Below are positions 16,454 to 18,486 of a stretch of 18,486 nt of DNA, in pieces. Every line of letters starts with the position of its first letter. The stretch's first letter is position 1. The notes under the pieces were generated by a model. It ran no database searches, was not told the DNA's origin, and worked only from the letters and a program-made list of their open reading frames with translations. The position numbers were made by a program, and so were the translations under genes. Source of the stretch: a virus; the UHGV virus genome UHGV-0140400, one strand, 5' to 3'.

Positions 16454-17671
16454 TTATTCTGTTGCACCTGCGTCAGGTTGTTCCTTTGGTGCTTCTGTAA
16501 TTAAGATTTTATTAAAGAATGGTGACATAGCTTTGAATGAGTAATAATGAATCCAGTGTGTTACTTCATCAAATTCACCATTGTAAAATGGTTCTTTTAA
16601 CATGCCTTTTGTATTACGTTTATATTTAAGTGCATTAATATCAAAAATAAATGCAAACAATTCACCTTGTGGCTTGATTTCTTCAATGTTTCCTTTAAAT
16701 TCTTTTAAATCAGATACATTAAATGTAAATACTGAACCAGTAGGGATAACATCACCAATCATCGCTTGATAATCACCAAAAGCACGTAAGTAATTGATTG
16801 TATCTTCATTTGATAAAGTGACATCTTTTGTTGTTTTATATACACCACCTAAATCATCAAAACTGATGATATGGTCTGTAAAGTCAATGCCTGCCATTTG
16901 GAAAGTATTCGCAATTTTTGTATCAAGTAAATATGACTTGAGTGAATCAGTTGTTAAAATTGCAATATCACTTAATTTTGAAACAGTTGTATATTGTCCT
17001 ACTGAACCACCTGACGCTTTGTGTACTTCATTGTATTTTGCACTGTTATTTTGCATATTTAAAATTGCTTCAAATACACGTTCTGTTAAATCTTCTTTTG
17101 ATGAAGCAGTACGACGGTTTGAATCTTGCAATTGATTAATTGCATAATCAACCATCATTGCACGTATTTCTTTTTCTTCTTGAACGTTAATATCTGAAAT
17201 CTTTTTACGTAATACACCTAAAGCGTAATTTGTAGCGTCACCTAATGTTTGGAAATTAAAACGTACATCATTATTATTTAATGTGAATTTTTGTTTTTTA
17301 ACAATTCCTGAACCATATAAACGTGTTGCCATTTGTGGATAATTACGTTTTAACATTAATTCTTCTGATTTAGATAAATTCATTTCAATTGGAATTGTAT
17401 CCATAATAACGTATTCTTCAGAATATTGTCCGATAAAGTCTTGTTCTTTTGCTAACCAGTTGAAACGATTTCCTAAAGCAATGTCAATCAATAATGTTTC
17501 ATTGATTTTAGGGAATAGGTATTTATTTACATATGTTTCAAACATTGTATTTACGTTTGACCAATTCTCACCAAAAGTCCATTTTTTACCATAATCATGG
17601 TTAAAATCTTGTAATGACGCTTTAGTAGAATCTGCAATTAAAGTAGGTATATCTGTCTTTTTATCTGCCAT
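16454..17671 (-). CDS. Major capsid (head) protein (405 aa)
   Basis: A strong AGGAGG SD is present. It is the largest ORF after scaffold and small-ORF genes at the start of the late operon. Its size matches the major head proteins of P68-like and phi29-like phages. Confidence 0.6.
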   Translation of the reverse strand: MADKKTDIPTLIADSTKASLQDFNHDYGKKWTFGENWSNVNTMFETYVNKYLFPKINETLLIDIALGNRFNWLAKEQDFIGQYSEEYVIMDTIPIEMNLSKSEELMLKRNYPQMATRLYGSGIVKKQKFTLNNNDVRFNFQTLGDATNYALGVLRKKISDINVQEEKEIRAMMVDYAINQLQDSNRRTASSKEDLTERVFEAILNMQNNSAKYNEVHKASGGSVGQYTTVSKLSDIAILTTDSLKSYLLDTKIANTFQMAGIDFTDHIISFDDLGGVYKTTKDVTLSNEDTINYLRAFGDYQAMIGDVIPTGSVFTFNVSDLKEFKGNIEEIKPQGELFAFIFDINALKYKRNTKGMLKEPFYNGEFDEVTHWIHYYSFKAMSPFFNKILITEAPKEQPDAGATE

Positions 17672-17683
17672 TGTTTAATCCTC

Positions 17684-17875
17684 CTATACTTCTTGTGTTG
17701 AATCATCACTATAAGTTTGTTTTGTCAATGAATGAACTTGTCTACCGTATTCATCTTCTGATTTTGATGTTGCAATACTCATATTTGCATTTAATTCTCT
17801 TGATTTATTCAAACGTGAATCTTCATAATTGGCATGTGTCATACCACGCATTTCATTTCCGTCAAAGTTTGCCAT
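17684..17875 (-). CDS. Small hypothetical late protein (63 aa) between the scaffold and capsid genes
   Basis: An AAGGAGTGA SD and ATG (MANFDG...) are present. The track's GTG 17884 start is less likely. The protein is hydrophilic and Ser/Asp/Glu-rich. Confidence 0.45.
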   Translation of the reverse strand: MANFDGNEMRGMTHANYEDSRLNKSRELNANMSIATSKSEDEYGRQVHSLTKQTYSDDSTQEV

Positions 17876-17887
17876 TTTTATCACTCC

Positions 17888-18211
17888 TTATAAATTTAAC
17901 ATTTGTTTGATTTCTTCACTTGATTCAATACCATCTGTTTCTTGGTCGTCATCAACTTCAGTAGGTGATGTTTTATCTTCAAAATTTGGGTCACTAGATT
18001 CACCCGTTGGTTGTGGTTGTGCTTCTTGATTATTTAATCTTTGTTCTAAAGCAGTGACACGTTGTTCTAATTGTACAAATGCTTCTGATTTTTCTTCAGT
18101 CACTTCTTTTTCAGGTTCAGTGACAACATCTTCTGCACTTTCTATTTTTTCTGGTTGTTCTGTTTCTTCATTTGTTGGTTCTTCTTTAATTATTTTTTCT
18201 TCTTCTGCCAT
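17888..18211 (-). CDS. Putative scaffolding protein (phi29 gp7-like, 107 aa, highly acidic coiled-coil)
   Basis: The sequence is Glu-rich (MAEEEKIIKEEPTNEETEQPEK...LEQRVTALEQRL). It is the first gene of the leftward late operon. An AGAGGTG SD is present. Confidence 0.55.
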   Translation of the reverse strand: MAEEEKIIKEEPTNEETEQPEKIESAEDVVTEPEKEVTEEKSEAFVQLEQRVTALEQRLNNQEAQPQPTGESSDPNFEDKTSPTEVDDDQETDGIESSEEIKQMLNL

Positions 18212-18259
18212 TTTATTTTACACCTCTTTATTTTTAAAAAATGTAAGCAAATTTTTGCT

Positions 18260-18296
18260 TGACTATATTATAACATAAAAATTGTGAGTTGTTTAA
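18260..18296 (-). promoter_or_regulatory. Right-end promoter for the late (structural) operon on the - strand (TTAAAC - 18 nt - TGtTATAAT, extended -10)
   Basis: On the - strand the sequence reads ttaaacaactcacaatttttatgTTATAAT. It sits just outside the right ITR, about 50 nt upstream of the scaffold ATG. Confidence 0.45.
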
Positions 18297-18303
18297 ATAT
18301 GTT

Positions 18304-18454
18304 AAAAACTTTTTATCAATAATCCATTACATATTTTTAAATGTATTTTTTAATTGACCTTTCACTCAAAATTTTTGTCGCTACGTGCTCAAATTCTGTT
18401 CTCGTTTCTGGGTGGGGGTGGGGTGAAGTACCAAAAAAAATTTCCTTAATATTT
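18304..18454. repeat. Right inverted terminal repeat (151 bp)
   Basis: It is the exact reverse complement of 33..183 and includes gggtgggggtggggtg at 18411..18426. Confidence 0.9.
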
Positions 18455-18486
18455 AGATCGGAAGAGCACACGTCTGAACTCCAGTC
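18455..18486. other. Illumina TruSeq adapter (reverse complement of 1..32); technical
   Basis: The sequence is agatcggaagagcacacgtctgaactccagtc. Confidence 0.9.

Noticed and set aside
11012-18278. Other nested or antisense ORFs in the late region (for example 11182..11400 +, 12335..12529 -, 12441..12662 +, 13195..13542 -, 13368..13604 +, 14559..14855 +, 14641..14886 +, 14761..15021 -, 15160..15369 -, 16794..17135 +, 16942..17139 +, 17671..17910 +, 17829..18029 +, 18054..18278 +)
   Set aside because: All sit within or opposite better-supported structural genes, lack ribosome-binding sites, and show biased composition (Leu/Ile/His/Cys-rich) typical of non-coding frames in AT-rich DNA.
1-18486. 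Search for tRNA, rRNA, CRISPR repeats, integrase or transposase
   Set aside because: No cloverleaf-compatible conserved tRNA boxes, no repeat-spacer arrays, no tyrosine or serine recombinase or DDE motifs were seen. The element is a strictly lytic-type linear podovirus genome.

Overview
The window is a complete, end-to-end contig of a small linear, AT-rich dsDNA podovirus of the phi29-like, protein-primed type. Its size (about 18.4 kb after trimming) and gene layout best fit the Staphylococcus/Enterococcus-infecting Rountreeviridae (44AHJD/P68-like) group; the host assignment is inference only. The first 32 nt and last 32 nt are Illumina TruSeq adapter and its reverse complement, which is a technical artefact marking the physical genome ends. 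Just inside them lie perfect 151-bp inverted terminal repeats (33..183 and 18304..18454) containing an unusual C-rich/G-rich tract. Genes are arranged convergently. The + strand (about 200..7235) carries small early ORFs, an SSB-like gene, an SGNH/GDSL hydrolase fusion, a basic 167-aa protein, the DNA-encapsidation ATPase and a 763-aa family-B protein-primed DNA polymerase. The - strand (18211 down to 7347) carries the late module: scaffold, major capsid, portal/upper collar, lower collar, a beta-helix appendage/tail-fibre gene interrupted by an in-frame TGA, an amidase_2+SH3b endolysin, a coiled-coil protein, a tail-knob-like protein, a holin and a CHAP-domain virion-associated lysin. The two gene sets meet at a bidirectional intrinsic terminator around 7224..7251. 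The most notable observations follow. (1) A dnaX-type A_AAA_AAG slippery heptamer sits directly in front of the stop of the SSB-like gene and is followed by a stem-loop; the -1 frame encodes a 26-residue extension ending in the canonical bacterial SSB C-terminal tip (...DEDLPF-stop). (2) A single in-frame TGA splits a 609-codon receptor-binding/appendage gene. (3) An early-region SGNH hydrolase fusion protein is atypical for this phage group. (4) No recognisable terminal protein or pRNA was found. No tRNA, rRNA, CRISPR array or integrase is visible.
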